Assembly (NCBI RefSeq): GCF_009914755.1
Contig: NC_060932.1
Reading direction: 5' to 3' (one strand)
Source of the DNA: the human T2T-CHM13v2.0 reference genome, Homo sapiens
DNA: 64,000 bases
Below are positions 1 to 16,412 of the stretch, one piece after another (positions within the stretch are counted from its first letter, which is position 1; each line of letters starts with the position of its first letter). A model generated the notes under the pieces. It ran no database searches. It was not told the origin of the DNA and was given only the letters and a program-made list of their open reading frames with translations. The translations under genes were made by a program, and so were the position numbers.

Positions 1-29
1 AGCTAAGGCCAGCGTGCTATGTAGGAAAG

Positions 30-690
30 CCATCATCTGGTTTGAGTCCATGTTGCTCACCCAGACAATCACAATAGCTTCCTAACTGGTCTCTCCATTT
101 TTCTCTTGCCTTCTTCACCAGTTCATATTTTGCCCAGTAGAACAACATGCCTCTTTAAAGCCTAATCAGATCATATTCCTCCTTCATAAAATTCTACAAT
201 CACTCTAAGAATATAATTCGAACTGCTATCTGCATAGCCTCCAAAGCTGTACATGATCTGGCCCTGCCCTCTCTCCTGCTGCTCTCTGCTTAGCTGTGTC
301 CATTCTAGCCCCACTTTCCTTCTTCTGCCTCAGGACCTTGGCACTTGCAAAACCCTCTGCCTATGCCACACATCTCTTAGAGCTTCCCATGATCTGCTTT
401 CTCTCTCCATTCAGATCTCAGATGACTGAGAAGTGCATTCCCTGATCACATCATCTAAAATCTTATCTTCGTCTAGATCACTCTTTTCTCTTTATCTTGT
501 TTTATTATTTTTCATCATACTTGACACTACCAGGCACTTTATTTACATGTTTGTTTTCTGACTTTCTCCCTCCAACAGGTATCAGGATGACAGAGTCTTT
601 GTTTATTTACAAATATATCTCCAGGACTTAGATCAGCACCCGATACACATGTGCATTTTCTCAACAGATGTTTGTTAAATAAATGTTGGG
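30..690 (+). mobile_element. L2 LINE 3' fragment
   Basis: L2-like text (agcttcctaactggtctc...) ending in an L2 3'-end-like tgtttgttaaataaatg; boundaries approximate. Confidence 0.6.
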
Positions 691-1548
691 GTTACCACTC
701 TACGTATACACATTAGACCACAACTAATTTCTATTACCAGAGTAAAAAGTTAAAAACAGGTTTTTTTTAAAGTAAAAGCCATGAACTACTCCTAAAAGAA
801 TAACATAAAAATTGTAACAACTAACAGTCTGATATTCACATATGAAATTTACCTACCATTGTGAAAAATTGGCATGAGAAGACTAGATTTGTAATTTTTA
901 TTAAAAAAGTTGTTATGCATTGTATTTGAAAAAATCAGTACAAACACCTGTTAAAGCAGTGAAACTACATAGAAAGATTATTAAATTAAAAATAAAATTT
1001 CTCCTACTGTTCACATGTTAATCTACTTTACATGGCATTTTGCAATTGCTTTTTTATTTTAAACCTAATAATGTGTCTTGGACTTTTTTTAAAAAAAAAA
1101 ACTCAACCCTTGAGCCTCCACTGAATTCTTTTCAAAAGTTTGAGAAATACCTTTGACTTAATAGGCTATAACTTATGAATGGGCATTTAGATTGTTTCTA
1201 GGTTTATGCTATTACAAAAATTTTTTTTGAATATCTGTGTGTATGTATATATACATGTATATGTCTGTAGACCATATATAATAATATATACCATATGGTG
1301 CATGACGTAATGTATTATATATAATGGAAAATATTTGTCACATACACTGAGTGGATAGATAGATACAGATATATCTACAGAGAGAGAGAACGATAAGTTC
1401 CTAGTACCAAAATATTTGAATGAGATATCACCAAATTGTTCTTCTAAATATCATACCAATTGTGCTCTTATCAGTAAAGTATTACAATTCCTGTTTAATT
1501 TTACACGTGCCAACTTTGGACATTAGTTAAACTTAAAAATTATAATCT

Positions 1549-1889
<341 letters not shown>

Positions 1890-2119
1890 TCATCCTACAC
1901 TAGTCCCACCCCTTACACAGCTTCCAAATCTGCCCCTATTTTTCACACCGCTACGCACATCCTATAACAAGCCAATATATGTTTGTCGAATGGATACATG
2001 CGTGAACGAATTGGGTAGGGAGTAAAGTGAACTAAATGATGCCACATGTGTTAATAATCACTGAAACATGTTTTCCATTGCTTCTGTTTTTCAAAGCGGT
2101 TTTCACAGCTTGAGTTCTC

Positions 2120-2760
<641 letters not shown>

Positions 2761-4697
2761 CCCTGACCCACTTGTCTCTTTAGAAGGAGATTTGCCTGTA
2801 CCTAATATTTCCAGGAGATGGGCTGAGGGCAAGAGCACCAGCGGGAACTTTTTCCTGGGGTTGGTGGGCTCCTGGCTGTTGCCCTACCCCCTCCCCTCCC
2901 CAGCTTCCCTAGGCTGGAGCCTTCTTAGGCACTTGCTTCCCGTCCCCGAGGGCCACTTCTTGCCACTCCGATCTTAATCTTCCCCTGACTTCATTTGGAT
3001 ATCTAGGGGTCGAGGGAACGCCCCTTCTCCCCTCCCCCTGGTGAGGACCTCAATGGGGTCTTCAACTCCTGCGGAGGGCAGACGGTAGAGCCTTCGCTGA
3101 CGTGGTCAGGCCTTTCGTGGATGGAGGTCAGGCCAGTAGCCAGAGGGAGATGTGGCTTGGTGTTTGGTGGAGGGGCTGCTCCGCAGAAGGACACCTAGAT
3201 ATCAGAGAACGCTAGAGCTGAAAAGTACCTTGCAGGTCATCCAGTCCAACCCTATCATTTTACAGGTGAGAAGCCTAAGGTTCTGGAAGGGGTAGGATTT
3301 GCCATGCTTCAGACACTTAATTATTGGCAGAGCAGGGACTAAAAATCCAGGTTCTTAAATTCTCGCTGGGCCTTTTTCTACCGTTGCCTCTTCATTTACT
3401 GACCAGTTAACCAAACTTGGTTGAGTGCAGGGTTCTTTGGGGAAGCCAGGTGGCTTTGCCCATAGGTGGTGTGTGTGCATAGGCTTGTTTAAATGTTGTG
3501 ATTTTTTAAATAAAAAGGCCTTAATGAACTAGGTTTAAGTGGATAGCTCAGCAATTCCAAAAGAAATGGTTCTTGATTACTAGAGAATGCAGTTGTGTAG
3601 CATCCAACTTCTTCACAGCTTTCTTCGGAACTGGCAATGAGCCCTCGAAATAGACTTTTTAAAAAACTGGGAAAAGCACATGATGTTTCCCCAGGTGGTG
3701 AGACTGCATTTTCACTGGTTAATTGCCAGAGTGTCTGTCTCTAGGTGGCCGACTGATTAAAAAGGATTTCAGATGAAGGGTGTTAGTCTGGGCGATCTGA
3801 AGCCTGACTAATCCACATCCTGATCTGTCACTGGGTCATGTGATAGCACTGCAGTGTGAAGAAAAAGGAAAACATTTGATTCGGTGGATTGCTGAGATGT
3901 GCCTTTTACAGTAACTGGGAATTGTTCGAATTACAAAATGTATGTTGGGACTTATCTGAGCTGAAGTAGCTACTTCAGGAAATCGGCAGATGTTGCATTC
4001 TTATGCAAACCTTGGCAATAAATTTATACCTACGAATTACAAATTCTCTTTTATTAATTGCGTTTGTATGCATTGCCTTTCTTTGGGTAGAACAGATAGA
4101 CATTAGTGGTGCCTCTCAAAAAAGGTTATAAAGGTGCAGTAGTCAGTTTCCATATAATTAATCATTCAGTGTCAATTCAGAGAATATCAACTGAAATAAC
4201 GTTGTTTAAAGAGTACTCCATGATTAAGATTGTAAACCTTTAAGAGAGATGAATATGATTTCTCCATGGTTTGTACGTACTTACCCAGTTGCTGAGGGAT
4301 TTTTCCAGACGTTATTCTTGACAAAACTGTTGTAGCATAGGGCTTCACACTCAACTGTTAGATGTCAGGGATCCTTTTTATGTCCCCACTGCCTAGCACA
4401 GTGCCTGACACATAGAATGTGTCTTGTAATTGTGTAACTTGCATTTAAACTCCTTGCTCGAATAATTCAGTGGATAGATTGTGAACATGGGTGGAATCAG
4501 AGCAGGGAGTTGAAATGCCCGGTCGAGTTGAGTTTCACTTATATATCCGTGTTATTCTAAAAAGCATAAATGATATCATACTTAGGCTAACAACTAACAG
4601 CATTTGAATATCTTCTTATTTTGCCATATTTTTTATTCTACTCAAAAGTTTTAATTGCTTCTGAGTAAATATTGATTAACCTCTTAATTTTTGTGGG

Positions 4698-5004
4698 TTT
4701 TTTTTTTTTTTTTTTTTTTTGAGATGGAGTCTCGCTCTGTCACCCAGGCTGGAGTGCAGAGTGGCGCGATCTAGGCTCGCTGCAACCTCCGCCTTCCAGA
4801 TTCGAGCAATTCTCCTGCGTCAGCCTTTCGAGTAGCTGGGACTACGGGCGCACGCCGCCATGCCCGGCTAATTTTTTGTATTTTAGTAGAGACGGGATTT
4901 CACCGTGTTTCCCAGGCTGGTGGCGAACTCCTGAGCTCAGGCAATCCGCCTACCTAGGCCTCCCAAAGTGCTGGGATAACAGGCATGAGCCACCACGCCC
5001 AGCC
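4698..5004 (-). mobile_element. Alu (AluS-like) with 17-bp TSD
   Basis: Antisense Alu; TSD AACCTCTTAATTTTTGT at 4678-4694 and 5005-5021. Confidence 0.95.
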
Positions 5005-5084
5005 AACCTCTTAATTTTTGTAAATTGATTGTAATTTTTTGTGAATTGATTGATGTTATCATTTAAGGGGACATGTAATTATAG

Positions 5085-5426
<342 letters not shown>

Positions 5427-6822
5427 TGAACCTTTAGAAGTCAGAGATCCTTTTTGTGTCCCCACTGCCTAGCACAGTGCCTGACACATAGAATGTGCCT
5501 TGTAATTGTGTAACTTGCATTTAAACTCAAAAAGCTTTGTTTTTTGAATGAAGAAATGGAGTAATGTTGACAGTTCCACTGTACAAATTAGATCCTTTTA
5601 AAAAATAGCTTCAAGATTATAGGACTTTTAAAAGAAATGGAAAACATATTCAGGCTTGAAATTAGGAAATTATCTTGAGCATTTTAGTTGAATTTCTGAA
5701 GTCACAAGGAATGAAAACTTGATTTTCTCTTAAAAGAAAAGATTCAACAACATACATAGAGCTTTCGGGTGCTATGTATTTTGAATTTGGTCATCTCCAT
5801 TTTTCTTGAGACCCTAGATCAACTGGCCTTAAGTTTCTTATATCATAAAGCAGAGCCAGCCCTGCAAAAAGTCAAAATAGGAATCTTCTCCTTGCTTTTT
5901 TCCTAGAACCTCTTCTTCAGGTGCTCACTGCTCATCATGCAGATCTCTACTCTTCTTGTACAAGGGAAGATGATTGCTCTGGGTTTTTGTTTTGCTAATA
6001 AGGCAGAGGCTAAAAGACTAGGACACTTATTATGCAATGGCTGTCAACTTTTTCTGAGTATTTCGTAATCATTAAATGGTGTTACTAGTGTTGAGCAATA
6101 TCCTATCCTGCAGGAGGAAGAGGATGTCATCTGATAAAATATGTGCTCCTTAAAACCCGTGTAGATTTTGGGTTTTAGATGTTACTTCATAAATACTTGT
6201 CTGGCTCATATGATAGTTCAGAATCAAAGCCAAGACATTTTGGTTGTAAAATATGTTAAGAAGGTAATATAAGCATATATCTTCTGTGTTGTCAGAAGTT
6301 CTGATTATCCCCCATTCACACACCTACGGGCTCAAATTCTTTTTCATTTGGAGAGGAGTGGTCAATATGTAGGTAAATAGAAATATTTAGGTAATTTACA
6401 AATGGGTTTTTTCCTGTTTTGAAGGGCAACTTAATGTCTTTGACAGCCATAGTTTAAACTGGTATCTCTGTTTTGGGCTGTTAATGGTAATGGTGAGGAA
6501 GGCTGGATAAATCTAGAGATAAAAGGTAGTGTTTGTTATCATTCTGCTTGGTTTTCTTTGCAGATAGTTTTAGTACCATGGAGAAGAGCTGTAGTTTTAT
6601 ACAAATTGTCTTTTTGTCCCCACTTGTAGTCCAAGTGCTAGAAGCTGTATGATCTCCATACTTTTTAATTGTACTGAAGACTAAGGCCAGAAATATTATA
6701 AGGGTCATAGAGTACCAATCCTAAGATTAAAGAAAAACAAAACAGTTAGAAGCCTGGCTCCCCCATTTAAAAACAAACTTATCAGGGCCTTAGTTTCCTT
6801 AGGGTGCATCAGCCTTGCCTAC

Positions 6823-7195
6823 TGTCTTAGCCATTTTCTGCTCCTTTTAACAGAAAACCTGAAACTGGGTAATTTATAAAGAAAGGGAATTTATTTCTTA
6901 AAGTTCTGGAGTCTGGGAAGGCCAAAGTGGAGGGGCCGCATCTGGTGAGAGCCTTCTTTCTGGTGGGACTTGAAAGAGTCCCAGGGTGGTTCAGGGCATC
7001 ACATGGTGAGGGGGCTGAGAATGCAGGGGCACTAGCTCAGGTCTCTCTTCCTTTTGTAAAGCCACCAGTTACCTTCACATGATAATTCATTAACCCATGA
7101 ATGGATTCATCCATTCATAAGAGCAGAGCCCTCATGACCCATTCCCCTCTTAGAGGCCTCACCTGTCAGTACTGCCACATTGGGGATGAAGTTTA
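6823..7195 (-). mobile_element. MST-type MaLR LTR
   Basis: tgtcttag...ctgggtaatttataaag...ggccgcatctggtgag...ggggatgaagttt, typical of MST LTRs. Confidence 0.75.
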
Positions 7196-9579
7196 TTGCC
7201 TGGTGCGTTAAAAAGTAAAAACTTGTTTTGCATACCTAAAATTGCAGGCTTGTGAAATTGTTTTGGGTGGTATCGCTTCATAATTCTTACAAGATACCAT
7301 ACCACAAAAAATGAACCAGTTCAGTTTTAGAATTTGGGCTGTAGTAGAGTCAAAGAATAAGTGGCTTTGGAGCTAGAGTGTACACATTCAGATCCTTGGG
7401 CTGGTTGCTTGTGTCCTTGGGCAAGACACAATAATTTCTCTGAGAATAATTTTTCTCTTCTAAAACTTAGAATAATGATAGCTAACTCTGTCTGTTATGG
7501 AGATTAAATGAGAATTCCTGAAAAGTACTTATTAAATGTATGATAGTGTTATCAATTAACTTGCAAGGTTACTTACTAACTTTTTAAAAGGCTGGATACG
7601 TTGTTCCAAATTTAGAGACTTTTGATGAAGTAGAATCTTGTCTTCTGTAGTAGATGTCAATTTGAGTCACTGTTTCCAGGAAAAGCTATGACTAGTGTTT
7701 CTTTTTCTTGGTCATACTTTTGCTCGTGACTGGCAAAATTTCATAGTTTGGAATGAGCTTGAATTTTAAACATGAGATTCTAAAGCAGTATTGTTGTAGA
7801 AATCAGACCTATAAAGGAGATACAATCTTGTTGAAAAAATAAAGAGAATTTTAAGAACCTGGTGTATTTTACTGATGTTGCATTTTATTCAAAACAGTTA
7901 ATCATAAATCTCAATACCATATCCCCTCCCTCACCCCAGCTGTTTGGTAAAGGTTTTGGAAAGGTCTACGTTTCTGCATTTCTGAAAACTGGTTTCAAGA
8001 AAACATATTTCTAATGTAGCTCACTTTCCATTTCCACATGGCAATTTTAGAAAGCCATTGTAAAAAAAATGCTGGGAGTCTTTAAAATGAGAACAATGAA
8101 GAAATCTTTTAAAGGGTTGGAATTATGTTTTTTAAGAGTATTCAATCATTTTAAAACAGTAGGGATGGTTTTCATAAAAGTGGCAGAAAATGTGGCAAAT
8201 GGGGTCTTTCTAGTAATCTAGGGGAATGATTAATCCTTTCACATGACCATCCATCCAAGTAGCTTGCTTTTTATCTAAAGTGGGGAAAAAAAAATACAGT
8301 TCAGTTGGGGGGCCTCTATTGAGACAGTTGCAGTACAATTACTGATGTATTCAAGCAAATATGTGATGTCTGGATTTAAACGTCCTGTTAGCAGGAAAGA
8401 TGGAAGCCCTGACAGTGCTGTCTGCTCTGTCCCAGCATTTTTACCAGGGCTCTGGCTTCCCCGCCTGAGGCTGAAGGAATTGTAATTTTAAATTCCAAAG
8501 CCACTTGAGTGGACAGACTGGTTAGTAAATGGTTTCCTCATGCTTGGGAGTCCACATCTGTGCCAGGAATCTCTGTGCAAGCTCATTATAAGACCTCAAA
8601 AGAAATCAAGCAAGTGAAAAATTCCCAGTTGCTAGACAGCTTCATGTTAATTATTTTAGGCCTTATAGTAAATTTTCTTCAAAACTTTAGTTCATGTATT
8701 TTTTTTCAGTTGTTCTGCTTATGAAATTTAGTGAATTTTGTAGGTGTCTGGTAGAATTACTCTCCCCTGAGTGTTCTTATACCTGATCCCCATTTCACTT
8801 GCCATGCAGGTGTGATAGGTGAGGGCTTTGGGTAGGACCTGCTGGGGTAGAATTAGCTGTTTATTCCTAGGGCGCACTTTGCAGTGGAAAACAACAGTCT
8901 CTAACCTGGCAGTAACGTTTGACTTTTTTTAAAAGGATCCTTTTCTTATCTTGTTTGACCCCCTGGCCTTTCTTTCCATTGCCTACTCCGTCCTTCAGAA
9001 GCTCTTTTCCCTAGTTTTTATGACACCATTTAATTGTGGCTTTTTACCTTGCACGCTATACAATTTCTCCAATTTCCTTTGTGACTTTTGTCACTTCTGC
9101 GTAACATTAAGGATTCCCTTTCCTCATCTACTTAGCTAAATGCTGCGTCCTCTATAAAGTTTTTACTTTTCTCCCTGAGGTGAGAACTATTCCCCTGTTT
9201 CTGCTGTGCTCCCACAAACCCTGTGCAGGCCATAGTTAGAGCCCTTATCTCATCACATTCTAACTCCACCCCCTCGCATAAGACTGAACTTTTGAGACAA
9301 GCAGAGTCTTTCCCTCTGTGTCTTGTTTTTGTATGCTGGGTGCTTACAACAATGACTTACTAAGGATTCAAAATATTTTTGGTTGGATGACAGTGGATTA
9401 TGAAAAGTTGTATAGGCACAGATGTAGTTTATAAATGCATTGAAAAATTTTGTAGCTATTTGAGTGTACCGTATTCTAATAGACATGATAACGTAGAAAG
9501 GATTTTTGGTAATGCCAGAGAGCTAATTTAAGCTTTTGTGCTATTTGACTAAAACTGACTCTTCTGTATTTCTTTCCAG

Positions 9580-9635
9580 CATACAAGACAGTATCTGGAG
9601 TCAATGGTCCACTAGTGATCTTAGATCATGTTAAG
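9580..9635 (+). CDS. ATP6V1B2: ATP6V1B2 exon 2
   Basis: ccag|CA TAC AAG...TYKTVSGVNGPLVILDHVK|gtaat; 56 nt; phase consistent. Confidence 0.97.
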
Positions 9636-11269
9636 GTAATACCACTATCTGTTTTGGTCTATTTATGTAGTTAAAAATGTGGCATTAAGTCCTATTTAGT
9701 ATACTTTAAATTTTTGTTATGATTTTTAAGCCATACTTTAGACTGGGTGTCAGTCAGTCTAAAGCCCAGATACCATGATACCCTGGGCTATCAGATACCC
9801 TGGGCTAAGATTTTTGCCTGAGCTGTTTGACCAAAATATCATCCAAGAAAATAATTTCCATAATATGTTTTCTAGAACAGTAATTGTACATTGGTTACAG
9901 GGGTGGGTCAGGGAGAGGCATACAATTACTAGTTTGTTGAGAGAGGTTAATGATGCATTTGTGCTTGGCGTGTGACCCCTCTGGAAGTAGAAAATACATT
10001 GAGAAACACTTCTTAAAAGAAGGGGCAAAGTGCATTGCCTCTTCTGCTTTATCACTAAGGTAATATCTTTCTGTATGATAAGGCACCTGTAGAAACTAAT
10101 CTCAAGATGAAACCTAGTGAGTTTACCTCCTGACTGCAGTTTGATATGTGCTGCAGATTGATTCAAAGCCATAATCAAACTGAAGTTGTACAAGATTTAG
10201 GCAGGTGCCCATTAACGTTTTGTAAAAGAATACAGCCTCCTCTTTTGTTTTCTGGGGAAAATATTAGGAAGCTTTGTTTGTTTCTTTATATTTTAATTGT
10301 TTTCTATATTCTTTGTGAAATAAACTTTTGGACTCATTTTTAAAATATAAATTTTTTAAATATTAGTAAGTATATTATTGAAACAGCTCAAAAAATATTT
10401 GGGCTCAATTGTGTTAAGTGCTGAGCCCAGTACAGAAAATATAATGGTGGACAACGAGAACGGGGTCTCCCCTAGTTGAGCATAGTATAGTGGAGATGCA
10501 GATATAGTATCAATGTCTCATTGGTACGCGCTGTGAAGAGGCAGTTAGGGTGCTGTGAAAGATGATACTGGGAAGGACTTAGAAACCGTCTCTGAGGAAG
10601 TAATTTTAAGAGACCTAAAAAAGTTTCATTGAATGTTACATTGGGTTGTAGTTATAGGTGAGGGAAGACTGGTAAATCATTTTTATGTAGTTGTAGAAAA
10701 ATCTATTTAGACTATGAGATTGATAGTGATTTGATTTTAGATTTTGGCTTTTGTTTTTAACATAAAACATATAGGATCAAGGAACAGATAATCTCAGGCA
10801 AATTATATCAGAATAGAAGAAGATGAAGCACTGCTGCCAACTAATTTTGTGAAGTTAAAGTATCTTTGACTCCAAACCAGAAAAAGGATAGTATTAGAAA
10901 AGAAAAATAGCTGTTCTCACTTATAAACACAGATCCCAAAATTCTTAATGCATTCATGTTAGATATTAGCAAAATACCTATGTAAAATATCAGCAAAAGT
11001 AGATAATTTGATATTAGAAAATCTAACAATGTAATTCAACACATTCATGGATTAAACTAGAAAAAGCTTATATTCTTCTCAATAAATACAGAAAAAAAAT
11101 TTGATGAAATTACTCATTTTTTAAAAAGCCTCTTCGAAAATAAGGAATATAACAAACTTTTAACCTCTTAGTGAGTATCTACCACAACCTGCAGCAAATC
11201 AAGTACTTAGAAGATTCTATAAACATTCCCATTGAAATCAGTGAAAGGAAAATAACTATTCCCTCTCTA

Positions 11270-11935
11270 CTGCTGTTCTCAGTATGTACTTCACTTCTGA
11301 CACCAGATGTGTGTGTTTTTTCCTATAACAATTCAGTTCTTTGGGGAACACCTATTGGATGCCCTGCAATTTAGCTCAGTTCTGGCACTCACTGCAAAGA
11401 GTTGTGTGTACCCCATAGGTTAAGGGCTTAGTCCCACAAGACTGCAGTCCACTTCAGATGCCAATCAAAAGTAGTGGGTCCCCAGGTTACCCACAGCTAC
11501 TGTCCAACTCGGCTACAGATTGAGGATACCCTTCTGAAGTTTGATAATTTGCTAGAATAGGTTACAGAACTCAGGAAAACCATTTACTTACTATTACTGA
11601 TTTAGGGTATATTAATATATTAATATTACCACTACTGTTAAGGTTATATTAAAGGATACAAATGAATAGCCAGCTGAAGAGATGATCATAGAGTGAGGCC
11701 CTGAAGAGTCCCGAGCACAGAAGCTTCTGTCCCCGTGGAGCTGGGGTGGACCACCTTCCTGACACATGGATGCATTCTTGCTGCCGAACCCAGAAACTCT
11801 CCAAACACCCTCAGTTAGGATTTTTTTTGAAGACCTAAGCATGACTGGTCAAGTCCTTAGCAGCGGTGATTAGTCAATTTCCAGTACCGCTACTCTGTCA
11901 GGAAGTCAGGGGATGGGGCTGAAATTTCCAATCCT
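11270..11935. mobile_element. MER21-like LTR
   Basis: cccacaagactgc...cacttcagatgccaatc...cagaactcaggaaaac...gcttctgtccccgtggagctgggg matches MER21 family text as I recall it. Confidence 0.6.
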
Positions 11936-12580
11936 CACTCAGCATCACTATCCATCTTTCTGCTAAAAACTTACCCAGTGCTATGGGGAAAAGAAATTAG
12001 GGTACAAAGCGATTAGAAGGGAAAAGGAACCGCCATCATCATTTCTTGATAATCTGATTAATGAATCAGAAAACCCAAGTCATCCAGTGGCAGACAATTA
12101 GAAACAAGGTAGCAAACAAGGTAGTGGATACAGGATCAGTTTACAAAAATTTTTAGTGTTCTGTATGCCAGAGTAACTATTTACAGAAAACTATAAAACA
12201 TTGTGAAAGACCATAAAAGAAGACCTAAAATAAGTGAAGATTCCATGTTCATGAAGGAAAAGACTCAATTCTCCCCAATTAACACAATCAGGGAAGAGTA
12301 ATTAAAAATGAGGATTTGGTTCAGTAATAAGCAGATATAACAGTGGAACAAAATTTAGGGCCCTGAAATCAACTCTTCACACATGAGAATTCGACTTGGT
12401 AAATCAACATTACAAGGCCATGGGGGACACTGTGCTGCTCAGAATATTGTTAGGGCAATTGGTTTCCCATATAAAAATGAGAAATATAAAATTAGTTACC
12501 AAAATTCCAGATGAATTAAAGATCTAAATATAGAAAAGGAAACATAAGTCTAATAGAAGACAATACAGAAGACCGTTTTT

Positions 12581-12691
12581 GGGTGCAGCACACCAGCATG
12601 GCACATGTATACATATGTAACTAACCTGCACATTGTGCGCATGTACCCTAAAACTTAAAGTATAATAATAATAAAATAAAATAAAAAAGAA
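12581..12691 (+). mobile_element. 5'-truncated young L1PA 3' end with TSD
   Basis: GGGTGCAGCACACCAGCATGGCACATG...AAAACTTAAAGTATAATAA plus A tail; TSD AAGACCGTTTTT at 12569-12580 and 12692-12703. Confidence 0.9.
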
Positions 12692-12788
12692 AAGACCGTT
12701 TTTATGACTTCAGGCTGTTTTCCAAACAAGACACAAAAGACATAAATTTGTAAAGGACCACAGTATGTTTTATTATGTAAAAAGTGTT

Positions 12789-12824
12789 GTGCACATGTAT
12801 CCTAAAACTTAAAGTATAAAAAAA
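12789..12824 (+). mobile_element. ~30-nt L1PA 3' end plus poly(A) with TSD
   Basis: GTGCACATGTATCCTAAAACTTAAAGTATA(A)n flanked by AAAAAGTGTT at 12779-12788 and 12825-12834. Confidence 0.8.
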
Positions 12825-13800
12825 AAAAAGTGTTAAAACTTTTGTATGAAGAGATACCATAAGCAAAATTAAAAGATATGAAGGAGAGTAAGAAAAGATA
12901 TTTGTACAAGGATTAATATAGAGAATCTATAAAACTTCTATAAATGAATAAGAAGGATTTACTTGATAAGTAAGAAAAGGATATTAATAAGCAATTCATA
13001 GGAAATGAAGTCTGACTTATCAGTAATATGAATGAATAATTGACAATGATAAGCATGGGAAGTTCCTCAGTATTGGTACAAGTTAGGAAAATGCAAACTA
13101 AAATGATGCTGTTTTTATTAAAATGGCAAAAATTACTTTTAAAAGCATAGATTGGCAAAGATGGAGGGAAAGGATACTTTTTTATATAGCTAGGGAGAGT
13201 GTAAATTAATAAGGTTCCTTTGCAGAGTTAATTTGGCAGAAAATGGGCATGGCCTGTATGTGGCCCACCAAATGGCTTTGGGAAATTCTGGCATGCTTGT
13301 ATGAGGAGCCCCATACAAGAATGCTCATTGTAACATTTCTGTGCTAGTGTAAATTTGGAACAACCTAGAACTCCACTGGTAAAAGAACAGCTGAATGAAA
13401 GGTAGTGTAGTTATCTGATTTAACTATATCTGCTCTGTTTTAACATTAATACTAAGGTGCCCATATCTCCAAAGGGTCTTAAAGCAATGGCACATCATAG
13501 TTTAATTGGCAGGTTTCTCTTTTCACATCACACAAAATAATGATGCATCTTTCAATAAATTATGTTGATAAAATAAGTATTAACATGCCAAATGTCATGT
13601 TAATATCAGGTCAAGTGAAAAACAAATTGCGGAGTGATTAGTACGTTGCCATTTATGTAAATCACCAAACTTCATTTTTTGGAGACATGTCTTTTTAAAG
13701 AGTAAAAATGGATTAGAGGAATATATATCTTGTTAGGAGAACTAGATTGAGGATGAGACTTAAGCATTATCTTATTATAATAGTAATTATTATTTAGTAA

Positions 13801-14104
<304 letters not shown>

Positions 14105-14528
14105 TATTTAGTAACATTTTATTCTTCCCCTGTCAACCACATCTGGAGCACACAGTTGATTACACACACAGCCTAGAAAGCAATCATCATTTCTAGGTGG
14201 TGAGAACATGTTTATCTGTACTTTTCTGTAGCCTCAAAACTATAAAATATGCATGCAGAGGAAAAGCAATACATTTAATTCCCATGTTTTCATGGATTTA
14301 AGACCCTTCTTCTGTACCTTATGCTTTGTTTGCTAGTATATGTGACAGTGATGTTTGCTGTAAGGACTTAAACTACCTGAGGGTATTGAAAGCTCTCAGC
14401 AAAAACCTGTGTCTGTGAAGAGTAGAGGGTTCCATATTCAGACACAACATGGGAGAGACAGAGCATGTGTAGTAATTTGGGGGGCTTGTAAAATGTCGGA
14501 TATTGATCCTTTATTTTTTTCTCTTTAG

Positions 14529-14699
<171 letters not shown>

Positions 14700-15032
14700 T
14701 GATGATCATTGCATAAGTGTTTTTAGAGTCTTTAGAGATTGGTTACCGGCTGCAGGGAAAGAAACTATTATTGCATGTTTTTTTGCTCAGTGTCACTTAG
14801 TCCGATAGCAACACTAGTAAGTGGCTTTTTTAAAATGGATAAAATTAAGTAGTCATGTAGAAGGAGAGAGATGAAAAGCAGAATTCACTGATGATGTGAT
14901 GAAACCAACAGGATATCTGTCTGAGTTTCTTCCTTTAAATTATCTCATACATTTCCTAGTTTTAAAATGTTACCTCACTATGGGTAATGGCAATTTTCTA
15001 AAATAACATGTTCCCCTTAAAAATAGCCTAAA

Positions 15033-15280
15033 GCAGGGATTGGCAAGATTTCTGTAAAGGGCCAGAGAGTAAAGCTTTTAGGCTTTGTGGGGCCAACTAA
15101 ATTCTCCTACATATTCTTCTTTTTCTTTCTTTCTTTTTTTTGAAACAACCCTTTAAAAAATATATATATATATAAACATATATATATTTATATATTTATA
15201 TTTATGTATGTGTATATATATAAACATGCTTAGCTTGCTTATCAAATTTGGCCTGTAGGCATGAACCCTTGATCTAAAGG
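15033..15280. mobile_element. MER58-like hAT MITE with internal (AT)n
   Basis: cagggattggcaa...tctgtaaagggccaga...ttaggctttgtggggcca. Confidence 0.65.
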
Positions 15281-15441
15281 TTGACAATTTGATTTATTAT
15301 CATATTTCTTTGCTCATTATATCAAAAGTAGTATACATTCATGGGTTTTACATTATAAGGGCTGTTTAACAGACAAATAAAATGTAAATGCCCGTGATCT
15401 AAATTACTTCTACCCTTCTCATTAATTCTTTTTCTTGATAG

Positions 15442-15654
<213 letters not shown>

Positions 15655-15657
15655 TGA

Positions 15658-15780
<123 letters not shown>

Positions 15781-16272
15781 TAACCTCACTCTGTCTTGTA
15801 CCTTTGCCAGATAGAGAGTGTTTTTTGTGATATCACTTAAAGTAGATAGGCAACACGCTCCATAGGTTATAAATTATTTTATTATTTAATTATATTTTCT
15901 TAGAAATTATCGTAAAATTTTATGTATTAATATCTTAAGATACTGTAAAATATCTAGGATATATCTGAAATGTATATGGTAAAACCATGAATTTGAAATT
16001 AGGACTTCTCTCTTATTTGCTATATCTTTATTTTACTTTAGGAACTTGAATTCTATTACCCTATGTTTTGTGAGTCTACAAAAGAGTAAAGGAAAAAATT
16101 ATTTCAAGTTTCATATTTGAAAAATAACTGATTTTTTTTGTAGTAAAGAGATGCTTTATGTAGTTCTGGTCTTCTGGTGCTTTTTCTTTTCTTTTAATTT
16201 GATATGATATCTAATTTCATTCATGAATAATGCGGCAACTTGTTGAAATTTTCCTTTTTGGAAATACATTAG

Positions 16273-16412
16273 GTCAGCCAATCAACCCTCAATGTCGAAT
16301 CTACCCAGAGGAAATGATTCAGACTGGCATTTCGGCCATCGATGGGATGAACAGTATTGCTAGGGGGCAGAAAATTCCTATCTTCTCTGCTGCTGGGCTA
16401 CCACACAATGAG
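16273..16412 (+). CDS. ATP6V1B2: ATP6V1B2 exon 6
   Basis: [47 protein letters not shown]; 140 nt. Confidence 0.97.

Larger units (their letters stand above)
10800..13780 (+). mobile_element. Old L1M fragments interrupted by an LTR and short L1PA inserts
   Basis: A-rich degenerate L1 ORF2/3'UTR-like text (aacacagatcccaaaattctta, ggaacaacctaga); boundaries approximate. Confidence 0.65.

Noticed and set aside
3098-3105. UPRE-like TGACGTGG in intron 1
   Set aside because: Single 8-mer that could easily occur by chance; no supporting context visible
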